From Klebsiella pneumoniae (GTDB lineage Bacteria > Pseudomonadota > Gammaproteobacteria > Pseudomonadales > UBA5518), in assembly GCA_945862145.1 (NCBI GenBank), contig CAMAXE010000005.1, positions 99,314-163,313 of the forward strand: DNA of 64,000 nucleotides, in the 5' to 3' direction. Positions within the stretch are counted from its first letter, which is position 1; each line of letters opens with the position of its first letter. A program made the translations under genes and the position numbers. Shown one piece after another: positions 1 to 8,945 of the stretch. The notes beneath the pieces are model-generated. The model was not told the origin of the DNA. It saw nothing but the letters and a program-made list of their open reading frames with translations, and ran no database searches.

Positions 1-177
1 GCCGTAAGGGCGGCAAGTGCGACCGCGAGTGCGGTACGGGCAAGGCTGTTATGCGTGTTCATATGTGCTGTTCCCCTGTGGTTGTCCCATGGACGCGGTT
101 GAAGGCTAGGCCAACAACCCTGTGGGCGATTATTCGATCAACGCCTAATGGTTATTCGAAAGCCAGAAATTCCGGGC

Positions 178-660
178 TCAGGGGCTGCCCCCGTTGCTGT
201 TGCCCATGTCGAGAACGATCTTCCAGGTCCCATCGCCCTGACGCTGCCAGATGAACAGGAACTTGCCCTGCTCGACGCCCCAGGGGGACTTGCCATCGGA
301 CTTGTTCACGAACTCGCTGGTGTACTCGCCGCGGGTCCAGGCGATGTTGCCGTCGACCCGCACCTCGGTCACCGTCACGTCGAAGCGCGCGAGACGGAAG
401 TAGCTCTCCACGGCAGCGGCGAATGCGCGGATCGCGGGCTTGCCGGCGTCGGCGGGCCGGCGGTTGTGCATGGCCACGGCGTCGTCGGCGAACACCTCGA
501 GCCAGCGCGCGTAATCCCCGGCCTTGAAGGGAGCTACATAGTCCTCGGCCACCATCCGCCGGAATCCTGCCTCGTCCGGGGCCCGGGGATGGGCGGCGCA
601 GCCCGCGAGCAACAGGAACGGCAGCAGAATCAGCAGCGGGTAAAGGCGCGGGGATTTCAT
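178..660 (-). CDS. Lipoprotein with NTF2-like (SnoaL/DUF4440-type) domain
   Basis: 160-aa ORF. Signal peptide with lipobox LLAGC; the rest looks like a small NTF2-fold protein. Its ATG overlaps the stop of the upstream transporter gene (ATGA, 657-660). Confidence 0.7.
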   Translation of the reverse strand: MKSPRLYPLLILLPFLLLAGCAAHPRAPDEAGFRRMVAEDYVAPFKAGDYARWLEVFADDAVAMHNRRPADAGKPAIRAFAAAVESYFRLARFDVTVTEVRVDGNIAWTRGEYTSEFVNKSDGKSPWGVEQGKFLFIWQRQGDGTWKIVLDMGNSNGGSP

Positions 661-1988
661 GCGGCTTCTCCGGCCTGGCGTTCGGCAAGCTGGCGCCGGA
701 TCTCGGCATGGCGACGCTCGTCGATCGGGTAGTTGAAAAGCACCGCCGCGCCCGGCAGCGCGAGCAGCAGCGGCAGCCCCAGCGCCACGAAGGCGAGCGC
801 CCCGGCGCCTGCTCCCGTGGCGGGCACGAACCCAAGGGCACCGGCGAGCGGCAGTGCGAGACCCACGCCCACTGCCAGCGCCGTTTTCTGCACGAAGAAG
901 TACAGCGCCATGTAGAACGCCGCGTCGTCGCCGGCCCCATGGAGCATGCCGTACTCCACCGCATCGGCCACCAGTGCCGGCGGCATGACCCAGATAAAGG
1001 ACGTGACCGCGCCCATCAGCATGAACACCGCCAGCGCCGCGCCGAAGGCACCCTTGCCCACCAGCAGGAACAGCGGCGCCAGCGCGAAATAGAGAATCGC
1101 CCCGAAAATCAGCGCGCGATGGCGGCCGATGCGATTACCCAGTTGAACCGCCAGCGGCAGGAACGCGATTGCAGCAATGTACTGCCAGAACACGAAGGCA
1201 AGAAACGCCGAGCGCGGCAACTCCAGCGTGAACTGCACCATGAAGAGCACCATCGCGTTCCAGACGGCGCCGCCCAGCCATAACAGGAACACGCCGCCCA
1301 GCAGGCGCAGCAGCGGCGGATTCAACCGCAGATCGGCCACCGCTGTGGCAAGGCTCCGGCGCCCGGTATCGAGGAAAGGGGCCGCCGGCACCGCGTACAG
1401 GGACCACAGCACACCGATCGGCAGAAGCACGCTCGCGGTGATCGAGAACACCCGCAGGATTTCCCGCAGCGGCGGGTCATCGCCCGACAACAGGAGCAGC
1501 GGCAGGCCGGTGGCGAGCAGCGTCCCGATCATGGTGCCCGCCTCGCGCCAACCGTTGATGCGCGTGCGCTCCGCATAGTCACGCGAGAGCTCCGCCCCCC
1601 ACGAAAGGTAGGGGATCTGCACCGCTGCCAGCGCCACGTAGAACAGAAAAGCGGTGACGCCGAGATAAAGCACGCCGGCCCCCGCGGGCGGCTGACAGAA
1701 GGCCCAGATGCCGACCACCAGCAGCGGCATGCCGAGGCCCAGCCAGGGTTTGCGGCGCCCCCAGCGCGAGCGCGTGCGGTCGGAGAGGTTGCCGAAAACC
1801 GGATCGATCACGGCGTCCCAGGCGCGGGCGAGAAAAAACACCAGCCCCACGGTGGCGAGATCAAGGCCTAGCTCCACCGCATAGAGCGCCGGCACGTAGA
1901 CGATCAGTTGCATCATCAACATCGACAAGGGCACCGCTGGCGCCGAGTAGGCCAGCAGCGAAGTGCGCGACGGTCCCGTTCCCTGCAT
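657..1988 (-). CDS. MFS transporter, glycoside-pentoside-hexuronide (GPH/MelB-like) family
   Basis: ORF 657-2027. Polytopic hydrophobic protein with the GPH-type loop 'DPVFGNLSDRTRSRWGRRKPW'. ATG at 1988 has GGGAG 8 nt upstream; GTG at 2027 is the longer alternative. Confidence 0.85.
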   Translation of the reverse strand: MQGTGPSRTSLLAYSAPAVPLSMLMMQLIVYVPALYAVELGLDLATVGLVFFLARAWDAVIDPVFGNLSDRTRSRWGRRKPWLGLGMPLLVVGIWAFCQPPAGAGVLYLGVTAFLFYVALAAVQIPYLSWGAELSRDYAERTRINGWREAGTMIGTLLATGLPLLLLSGDDPPLREILRVFSITASVLLPIGVLWSLYAVPAAPFLDTGRRSLATAVADLRLNPPLLRLLGGVFLLWLGGAVWNAMVLFMVQFTLELPRSAFLAFVFWQYIAAIAFLPLAVQLGNRIGRHRALIFGAILYFALAPLFLLVGKGAFGAALAVFMLMGAVTSFIWVMPPALVADAVEYGMLHGAGDDAAFYMALYFFVQKTALAVGVGLALPLAGALGFVPATGAGAGALAFVALGLPLLLALPGAAVLFNYPIDERRHAEIRRQLAERQAGEAA

Positions 1989-2054
1989 GTTGCGGGCTCC
2001 CTTGGCAGCAATGGGCTGGCGAATCACAGACTAGTGCCAGCGGGCACATCAGCT

Positions 2055-2104
2055 CTTATGCGATACGGAGAGAGCCTTATGCAATGAAACTGCGATCGCA
2101 TAAG
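2055..2104. promoter_or_regulatory. Three CTTATGCRAT half-sites (two direct, 21 bp apart, plus one inverted) in a divergent promoter region
   Basis: CTTATGCGAT at 2055-2064, CTTATGCAAT at 2076-2085, and ATCGCATAAG (exact reverse complement of site 1) at 2095-2104. They lie between the divergent transporter and FAD-oxidase genes. Function is inferred only. Confidence 0.4.
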
Positions 2105-2182
2105 TGCGCCGCGTGCCTGCAAAGGCAGCCCATCGCCAGCCGCACTTATACTCCTCAGGAAGATATCCGCAGGAACCCCGCC

Positions 2183-3670
2183 ATGAGCAGACCAGGCCGG
2201 CAGCAGAAGGATGCGGGCGGCATCACGCGCCGGCAGCTTATGGCGGCGCTGGGACAGCTCGGCATCGGCAGCCTGCTGGGCGCCTGCGCCGCGCCGTCCG
2301 GCAACGCCGCCTGGCGCCTGCCCGGTGCCGGCACGGTGGTGCATCGCGGCGACCCCGACTACGAGACCTGGCGCAGCGCCATGCCCTGGCAGGGCTGGGT
2401 GGCGCCACGCCGACCGGAGTCCATCGTCCGGCCCGCCGACCGCGCGCAACTGCGCGAGGCATTGCAGCAAGCCCGCCGACAGGGACAGCGCGTGGCGATC
2501 AAATCAGGCGGCCACAGCGTGAGCGAAGCCTTCCTGCGTGACGGCGGCATGCTGGTCGACCTGCACGCATTCAGGGGCGTGGACGTCGATGCGGACAGCG
2601 CGATGGCCGCGGTGGAACCCTCTCTTTGGGGGCGGGATCTCGCCCTGCATCTGACCCGGGCGGGACTCGCCTTTCCGGTGGCGCATTGCGCCACCGTGCC
2701 CATGGGCGGCTACCTGCTGGGCGGTGGCGTGGGCATCAACACAGACCAGTGGGGCATTGGCTGCCACGCCGTGACGGGCGCGGAGGTGATGCTCGCCGAT
2801 GGCACCCTCGTGGATGCCGGCTCAGCGGGCCACGAGGACCTGCTGTGGGCCGTACGCGGCGCCGGCACGGGTTTCTTCGGTGTGATCACGCGCTATCGCC
2901 TGCGCTGCGCACCGCTGCCGCGGGACATTCGCGAGAACGTCTTCGTGTTTCCCGCCGCGCGCGCAGCCGAGGTGGTGGAGTGGCTCGAGGCGCTGGTCGA
3001 GCAAGGCATGCCTGATACCGAAGTCATGCTCCTGCTGGCGAACAGCCCGGGGCCCTCGGCCGGAGCGCCGCCGGTGACGCTATGCATCGCGCGGGTGGTG
3101 TTTTTCTGCGCCTCGGAAAACGCGAGCCGCGAGCGACTCGCGCAGGTACTCGCGGGACCCATGGCGTCGCAGGCCCTTTTCAAGGAAACGCTGAAAGCCG
3201 CGACCATCGACAGCCTGATGATCGGCAGCGTCGACGCCGCGCGCGGACTCGGCTTCGGGCGTTCGCATGTGAACACCATCTGGACCGCGCGAACAGCAGA
3301 GGCCGCGACGGCAGCGGCTGCGCAGGTGAGCCGTGCGCCCTCCCCCAAATCACACGCCGTGATTTCCCTGCGCAAGCACACCGCGCTGCGAGATGACGCC
3401 TGCTTCTCGGCGCTGGATCGGGGTTTCGTGGGGTGTTACGGCGTCTGGGACAAGGCGTCCGACGACGCGGCGAACATCGCGTGGTCGGAGGGGTCGCGCG
3501 AGGCCCTGCAGCCCTACGCGAGCGGCAACTACATCAACGAGCTCGATGCCTTCCGGCGCCCCGATCTGTTGGAGCGTGCGTTTTCAGCGCAGGCCTTCGC
3601 CCGCCTGCAGGCGCTGCGCAAGCGCTATGACCCGCAGGGCCTCTTCCACGACTTCCCGGGGCTCAGCTGA
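2183..3670 (+). CDS. Tat-exported FAD-linked oxidase (PCMH FAD-binding domain with BBE-like C-terminus)
   Basis: ORF 2084-3670. ATG at 2183 yields the twin-arginine signal 'GITRRQLMAALGQLGIGSLLGACAA'. 'IKSGGHS' FAD-binding motif; C-terminal 'YINELD...LRKRYDPQGLFH' berberine-bridge-type tail. Confidence 0.85.
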   Translation: MSRPGRQQKDAGGITRRQLMAALGQLGIGSLLGACAAPSGNAAWRLPGAGTVVHRGDPDYETWRSAMPWQGWVAPRRPESIVRPADRAQLREALQQARRQGQRVAIKSGGHSVSEAFLRDGGMLVDLHAFRGVDVDADSAMAAVEPSLWGRDLALHLTRAGLAFPVAHCATVPMGGYLLGGGVGINTDQWGIGCHAVTGAEVMLADGTLVDAGSAGHEDLLWAVRGAGTGFFGVITRYRLRCAPLPRDIRENVFVFPAARAAEVVEWLEALVEQGMPDTEVMLLLANSPGPSAGAPPVTLCIARVVFFCASENASRERLAQVLAGPMASQALFKETLKAATIDSLMIGSVDAARGLGFGRSHVNTIWTARTAEAATAAAAQVSRAPSPKSHAVISLRKHTALRDDACFSALDRGFVGCYGVWDKASDDAANIAWSEGSREALQPYASGNYINELDAFRRPDLLERAFSAQAFARLQALRKRYDPQGLFHDFPGLS

Positions 3671-5189
3671 GGGCAGGCCAGGCGAACTCCACGGCCTGCT
3701 GGCGGGTGTAGCTCTCGAGGCCGCGCATGCCGCCCTCGATGCCGTAGCCCGACTGCCCCGCGGGCTCCGCGCTGTGCGCGAACCCTGCGGCAGGCACGGG
3801 CGGCACGGGGGCACAACACACGCGCACCTTGCCGGCACGCAGCTGCGACGACACGCGGTGGCCCCGCGCGAGATCGCGCGTCCAGACGCTGGCGGCCAGC
3901 CCGTAGCGGCTGTGGTTGGCGAGCGCCACGGCTTCCTGCTCGCTGCGGAAGGGAAACACCGTGATCACGGGACCGAAGATTTCCTCCTGCGCCAGCGAGC
4001 TATCGGCATCGGCGCCTGCAAAGACCGTGGGCCCGACATAACAGCTGCCAGCCCCGCCCGGGGCACCGACAGGAGCGCGACCATCGAGCAACAGGTCTGC
4101 ACCCTCGCCGATGCCCGCCTCGATGAAACCGCGCACGCGCGCGGCCTGCGCGGGACTGGCAAGCGGGCCGAAGCCCGTCGCAGGATCGCGCGGATGACCA
4201 ACCCGCACCGCGCCCGTCTGCGCCAGCAGGTAGCCGAGGACACGATCGAAGATCGAGGCCTCCACCAGAAAGCGTGTACGCGCGACGCAGACCTGCCCCT
4301 GGTTCCACAGCGCGCCACCGGCGATCTGCGCCACCACCATCTCGAGCTCCGGCCCGTCCATGTCCGCGAAAAGTAGTTCCGGCGATTTGCCGCCGCACTC
4401 CAGCAACAGCGGCTTGATCGTGCTCTCGCCAGTGGCGCGCAGCAGTGCGCGGCCGGTGGCCGTGGAGCCGGTGAAAGTCAGCATGTCGACCGCGGCGCTG
4501 CGCGCGAGCAACTCACCGGTCAGGCCATCGCCCGGCAGCACGTTCAGCACACCCGGCGGCAGCCCTGCCTCCAACGCCAGCTGCCCGAGCAGCAGGGCCG
4601 AGGCGGGCGAGAGCTCGGAGGGTTTGAGCACCACGGTGTTGCCCGCCGCAAGCGCGGGGCCAATCTTCAAAGCGGCGTTGATCACGGGGAAGTTCCAGGG
4701 CGTGATCGCCGCCACCACGCCGCGCGGCCGGCGCAGCTGCAATTCGAGGGCGCCAGGGCCCGTGGGCGCGGTCGCACCGTAGTGCTTGTCGATCGCTTCA
4801 GCGTAATAGCGCACGAAACCCGCGGCCACGTAGGCCTCGCCCATGGCGGCCGATATGGGTTTGCCGACGTCCACGCTGTCGCGCAGCGCGAGCTCCTCGG
4901 CCTGAGCCTCGATCCCCGCGGCAAACGCGAGGAGCATGCCGCGTCGCTCCATCGGCCCGGTGCGACCCCAGGGGCCTGCATCAAAAGCGTCCCTGGCCGT
5001 CCGCAGTGCGGCCACTACGGCTTCATCGCCGGCGGCCTCATACACCGGCAGTGCGCCTTCGCACGCCGGATCCGCGCGCTGCACCAGACGCCCCGAGGAC
5101 GCCTCATGGTGGCGCCCCGCCACCAACGGGCGAAGCTCCGGTGCGAGCGCGGCGGCGCGTTGGTGCCAGTCAGTCGGGAGCTGGTTCAT
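3663..5189 (-). CDS. NAD(P)-dependent aldehyde dehydrogenase
   Basis: ORF 3663-5312. ATG at 5189 overlaps the stop of the upstream GMC gene (ATGA, 5186-5189). Motifs 'FTGSTATGR', catalytic Cys in 'LECGGKSP', and 'EEIFGPV'. Confidence 0.9.
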   Translation of the reverse strand: MNQLPTDWHQRAAALAPELRPLVAGRHHEASSGRLVQRADPACEGALPVYEAAGDEAVVAALRTARDAFDAGPWGRTGPMERRGMLLAFAAGIEAQAEELALRDSVDVGKPISAAMGEAYVAAGFVRYYAEAIDKHYGATAPTGPGALELQLRRPRGVVAAITPWNFPVINAALKIGPALAAGNTVVLKPSELSPASALLLGQLALEAGLPPGVLNVLPGDGLTGELLARSAAVDMLTFTGSTATGRALLRATGESTIKPLLLECGGKSPELLFADMDGPELEMVVAQIAGGALWNQGQVCVARTRFLVEASIFDRVLGYLLAQTGAVRVGHPRDPATGFGPLASPAQAARVRGFIEAGIGEGADLLLDGRAPVGAPGGAGSCYVGPTVFAGADADSSLAQEEIFGPVITVFPFRSEQEAVALANHSRYGLAASVWTRDLARGHRVSSQLRAGKVRVCCAPVPPVPAAGFAHSAEPAGQSGYGIEGGMRGLESYTRQQAVEFAWPALS

Positions 5190-6805
5190 GCCGTGTGTTC
5201 CCCTTGCATGTCTGCCCGCAGGAAATCGGCCGCTCGCTCGCCGATCATGATGCAGGTAGCGTTGATATTGCCCGCGCTGATGGACGGGATCACGGAGGCA
5301 TCCGCCACCCACAGCCCCTGCATCCCACGGACTCGCAGTTGCGGGTCGACCACGGCAAGATCGTCCTGTCCCATGCGCGCGGTGCCGCAGGGGTGGTACA
5401 TCAGGCCAGTGTTGGCGCGCAGGTAGGTCTCCCAGTCGGCATCGGTCTGAACGCCAGAGCCCGGCGCGAGTTCGGTATCCAGCAACCGGGCAAAGGGACC
5501 CGTGTTCACGATCTGCCGCGCAAGGCGGCTGCCCTCGGTGAGATCACGGACATCGTCGGGATGCTCCAGCAGACGGTGCTCGATCACCGGCGGCGCTGCA
5601 GGATCTGCGGAACGCAGGCGCACGCGGCCGCGTGAGCGCGTGCGGCAAAGCCCTACCCCGATGGACACCGTCGGCTCCCGGCAGGGCACGGCACCACGCT
5701 CGGTGAGACGATGGTCGGAAGGTGCAAACAGCAATTGCACATTGGGCTGTGCGAGTTCCGGCCGCGTGCGCACCAGTGCATGTACGTGGGCAATGCTGGT
5801 GGTGAGCGGGCCACGGCGACGGAACAGGAAATCCATGCCGTAACCGAGCGAGACCAGCGGGTTCAGGGCACTGGTGAGCGTGCTGCAACGCAACGAGATA
5901 CCGAAGCGCGCAACTGCGTGCTCCTGCAGGTTGGCACCCACGCCGGGCAACGCATGACGCACATCGATACCGTGCGTTGCCAGTTCCTCGGGCAGGCCAA
6001 TGCCCGAACGGATGAGCAGCAAAGGCGTCGCGAGGGCGCCCGCGCAGAGCACGATCCGGGGCGCACGGAATTCCCGGCGCACGCCGCCCACGACACACTC
6101 GACACCGACTGCACGATCCCCCTCGAGAATGAGGCGCTCCGCGAGGCAGTGATAAAAGACGCGAAGGTTGTCGCGGCCCCGCGCCGGGCGAATGTAAGCC
6201 TGCGCAGTGCTGTGCCGAAGCCCGGCACGCTGCGATGCCTGCACGGGGCCCACGCCCTCCGCAAGTTCGCCGTTGGTGTCAGGGTTGAACGGTATGCCCG
6301 CCTCGATCGCAGACGCGATTAGCGCCTCGTTGGCAGGGTGACGCACGCGTACGAAGGCCACCGACTGCGGGCCACCCGTGCCACGGAAGGCATCCGGCCC
6401 TCCCTCGAAATTCTCCATACGCCGGAACACGGGCAACACCGAGGCGTAGTCCCATCCCGTCGCGCCTTCCCGGGCCCAACGGTCGTAATCGGCCCGGTGA
6501 CCGCGCACGAACATCATGCCGTTGATGGAACTGCCACCGCCCAGCACCTTGCCCGCAGGCCAGATATGCACCTGCCCACCGAGCGTGGGGTCGGGTTCCG
6601 CGTTGTAGAGCCAGTTCATGTCGGGGCGCGTGAAGGCGGGCATCTGCCCGGCCGGCACACGTGTGTAAGGGTGGTTATCCGGGCGTCCTGCATCGAGCAG
6701 CAGGACACGACAGGCGGTATCTTCGGACAGGCGTCCGGCCACTGCGCAGCCGGAAGACCCGCCGCCAACCACGATGCAATCCCACATCTCCGAGGCTTCA
6801 CCCAC
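5186..6805 (-). CDS. GMC-family FAD oxidoreductase (choline/alcohol dehydrogenase-like)
   Basis: 'DCIVVGGGSSGCAVAGRL' dinucleotide fold, 'GKVLGGGSSINGMMFVRG' GMC signature, C-terminal 'YHPCGTARMG'. Start is GTG 6805 or ATG 6787. Confidence 0.9.
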   Translation of the reverse strand: MGEASEMWDCIVVGGGSSGCAVAGRLSEDTACRVLLLDAGRPDNHPYTRVPAGQMPAFTRPDMNWLYNAEPDPTLGGQVHIWPAGKVLGGGSSINGMMFVRGHRADYDRWAREGATGWDYASVLPVFRRMENFEGGPDAFRGTGGPQSVAFVRVRHPANEALIASAIEAGIPFNPDTNGELAEGVGPVQASQRAGLRHSTAQAYIRPARGRDNLRVFYHCLAERLILEGDRAVGVECVVGGVRREFRAPRIVLCAGALATPLLLIRSGIGLPEELATHGIDVRHALPGVGANLQEHAVARFGISLRCSTLTSALNPLVSLGYGMDFLFRRRGPLTTSIAHVHALVRTRPELAQPNVQLLFAPSDHRLTERGAVPCREPTVSIGVGLCRTRSRGRVRLRSADPAAPPVIEHRLLEHPDDVRDLTEGSRLARQIVNTGPFARLLDTELAPGSGVQTDADWETYLRANTGLMYHPCGTARMGQDDLAVVDPQLRVRGMQGLWVADASVIPSISAGNINATCIMIGERAADFLRADMQGEHTA

Positions 6806-6887
6806 TGTTGTCAGACGCCACCTTATCCAGCCGCAGCGCCCCCGTGGCGCGCGTGAGCGACCACTCTATCGAGCGCCTGTTCGAGCG

Positions 6888-6897
6888 CCTATGCGAT
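6888..6897. promoter_or_regulatory. CCTATGCGAT motif copy upstream of the GMC/ALDH operon
   Basis: This 10-mer is identical to the one at 10154-10163 and differs at one base from 2055-2064. It lies in the 148-nt gap upstream of the GMC gene start. Confidence 0.3.
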
Positions 6898-6953
6898 GCG
6901 ATCTATTTGTTTTGCAACTACCTGCGGTGTGGCAGCGTGGACGCGGCGCACCG

Positions 6954-7792
6954 TCACCGTGGCCGGTCACCGAGGATGGTGGCCCGGTGCATCACGCGAC
7001 GGTGCGGCATGTAATCGGCCGTGGCGTAGTGCTGCGTCAGGCGGTTGTCCCAGAACGCGAGATCGAAGGGTTTCCAGCGCCAGCGCACGGTGAACTCCGG
7101 CTTCGCCACGTGGGCAGCCAGGAATTGCAGCAGGGCCGCGCTCTCGGACTTGGAGAGTTCGCAGATCCGTGTGGTAAACGAGGCGTTCACGAAAATGCCC
7201 GGTCTCCCCGTCACCGGGTGCGTGCGGACCACCGGGTGCACGACGGACGGGTTCTTGCGACGCGCCTCGCTCAGTGCTCGCGCGCTTCCGCGGTGCTCCC
7301 GTAATCCTCGTCGGTAAAGGCCGCGCTGATGTCATGGATCGCGGTCAGGCCACGCAGCAGGCCCTGCATCGGCGCCGACAACGCCTCGAAGGCGGCAATG
7401 CAACTGAGCCACAGTGTGTCACCCCCGTGCGGCGGCAACACCCGCGCCGACAGCAGCGCACCCATCGGCGGGGTCTCGATGAACGTGACGTCCGTGTGCC
7501 AGGTGTCCGAGTCGGGCGGATTGCGGTCGCCGGTATCGAGCACGATGATCTCCGGAACCTCCGGCACCGCCCGGTACACGGGGTGGATGTGGAGACGGCC
7601 GAACTGTGCCGCGAGGTCGCGGTGCTGCAGCGGCGTTAGCGGCTGATTCTCAAAAAACAGCACGTGATGGGTGTGTAGTGCGTCGAGCAGAGCCTGCCGC
7701 TGCGCGGCGGAGATGCCGGCGCAGAGGTCGATGCCGCTCACCGTGGCGCCGATGGCGGGAGACAGGGCTTCAAGTTCCACAAACACCGCCAT
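6954..7792 (-). pseudogene. tauD: Taurine/2-oxoglutarate dioxygenase (TauD/TfdA family) split by a single frameshift near 7270
   Basis: Two adjacent ORFs in different frames. The N-terminal part (7271-7792) carries 'LHIHPVY...WHTDVTFIETPP'. The C-terminal part (6954-~7268) carries '[12 protein letters not shown]...[24 protein letters not shown]...RVMHRATI'. Both are collinear with E. coli TauD. The frames meet at 'AEAREH*' / '[15 protein letters not shown]'. Confidence 0.8.
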
Positions 7793-7841
7793 CACCGGCA
7801 GCGCCCGCGCGGCACCCGTCCTCCGGTCGTCCGGACGGGGT

Positions 7842-8945
7842 CTACTGCGTGGCGGCCGGAAGCGGCAGCAAGCCCCAGCCGCCGAAGACCGCGCGGAGCT
7901 CCTCGCCCGACAGGCCTTCGGTGATGAACACAAGGGTGGATGTAGCGGGCACTCGGGCGGCCAGCGGCAGCTCCACGGGCGCGTGCAACTGGTGGTGCAC
8001 CGCGTGGATGGCAACTGCCTGCGGGTGATCCCTCAAGCGCAACACGCCCTTCACGCGCAGGATGTGCTCGCCCTGCAGCGTGAGCAGCGCGAGCAGGCAG
8101 GCATGCAGGCGTTCCCAGTCGGCGGCGGGGCTCAACTCGAGCGCAATGGTCTGTAGCGCGGAGCCGTGCCGCGGCAACGCCTGCGCGGGCGGCACCCGCA
8201 GCCAGCCGAGGGCATCCGGCCCCGCAGCCGACCCGGCCAGCCCCAAGCCGAAGAGCCGCGCAGCCCGCGCCGGCAGACTGCGCCGGTCGAGCACGGGAGC
8301 GCGAGGATTCAACGCCCGCGCGAGCCGCCGTGTGTGCCTTGCCTCGCGCGGCTCCACCAGATCCGTCTTGGTGAGAACCACACGATCCGCGAGCGCGAGT
8401 TGCCGCGCAAACTCCGGGTAGCGCAGGGCCTGGAGACCTGCATGCCCGGCATCAACGGTGACCACCACGCCATCGAGGCGGCAGCGCATGGCAAGGGTGG
8501 GGTCGCCAAGCAGGCTCATCAGCACTGGCCCGGGATCCGCGCGGCCCGAGAGCTCGATCAGTACACGCCGGAATGGCGGACGGCCTGCGGCGATGCGCAG
8601 GGACTCAAGCCGCGCGAAAGCCTCCGGCAAGTCCGTGCGCAGCGCGCAGCACAGGCAGCCGTTGTCGAGCAACGCGAGCGATTCCTCGCGCACATCGATC
8701 AGCAGGTGATCGACACCGACAGCACCGAGTTCGTTCACGATGACGGCTGCGTCACGGCACTCAGGCCGCCCGAGCAGCGTATTCAGCAGGCTGGTCTTGC
8801 CGCTGCCGAGAAAGCCCGCGAGCAGCGTGACGGGTATGCGTGCGGCCGCGCTCAGAAGGGCGCCTCGCCAGCGAGGAATCGCGGCGCTCCGGGCACCGGC
8901 CCCGGGCGCCCCAGGAGGGCGTGGACGTCGTAGCCGTCTTTCCAC
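7842..8945 (-). CDS. COG0523/CobW-family G3E GTPase (putative metallochaperone)
   Basis: Walker A 'GFLGSGKTSLLN' and metal-binding 'GCLCC' motif. The only canonical start is GTG 8945, which overlaps the upstream amidohydrolase gene by 94 nt; the true start is uncertain. Confidence 0.85.
   Translation of the reverse strand: MERRLRRPRPPGAPGAGARSAAIPRWRGALLSAAARIPVTLLAGFLGSGKTSLLNTLLGRPECRDAAVIVNELGAVGVDHLLIDVREESLALLDNGCLCCALRTDLPEAFARLESLRIAAGRPPFRRVLIELSGRADPGPVLMSLLGDPTLAMRCRLDGVVVTVDAGHAGLQALRYPEFARQLALADRVVLTKTDLVEPREARHTRRLARALNPRAPVLDRRSLPARAARLFGLGLAGSAAGPDALGWLRVPPAQALPRHGSALQTIALELSPAADWERLHACLLALLTLQGEHILRVKGVLRLRDHPQAVAIHAVHHQLHAPVELPLAARVPATSTLVFITEGLSGEELRAVFGGWGLLPLPAATQ

Noticed and set aside
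2084-2182. 33-codon N-terminal extension of the FAD-oxidase ORF
   Set aside because: The twin-arginine signal begins right after the ATG at 2183. The extension overlaps the promoter motif cluster and has no RBS.
8852-8945. 94-nt overlap of the amidohydrolase and COG0523 genes as programmed frameshifting or a fusion
   Set aside because: There is no slippery sequence or fused-frame homology. Start-site uncertainty (a possible CTG start) is the simpler explanation.
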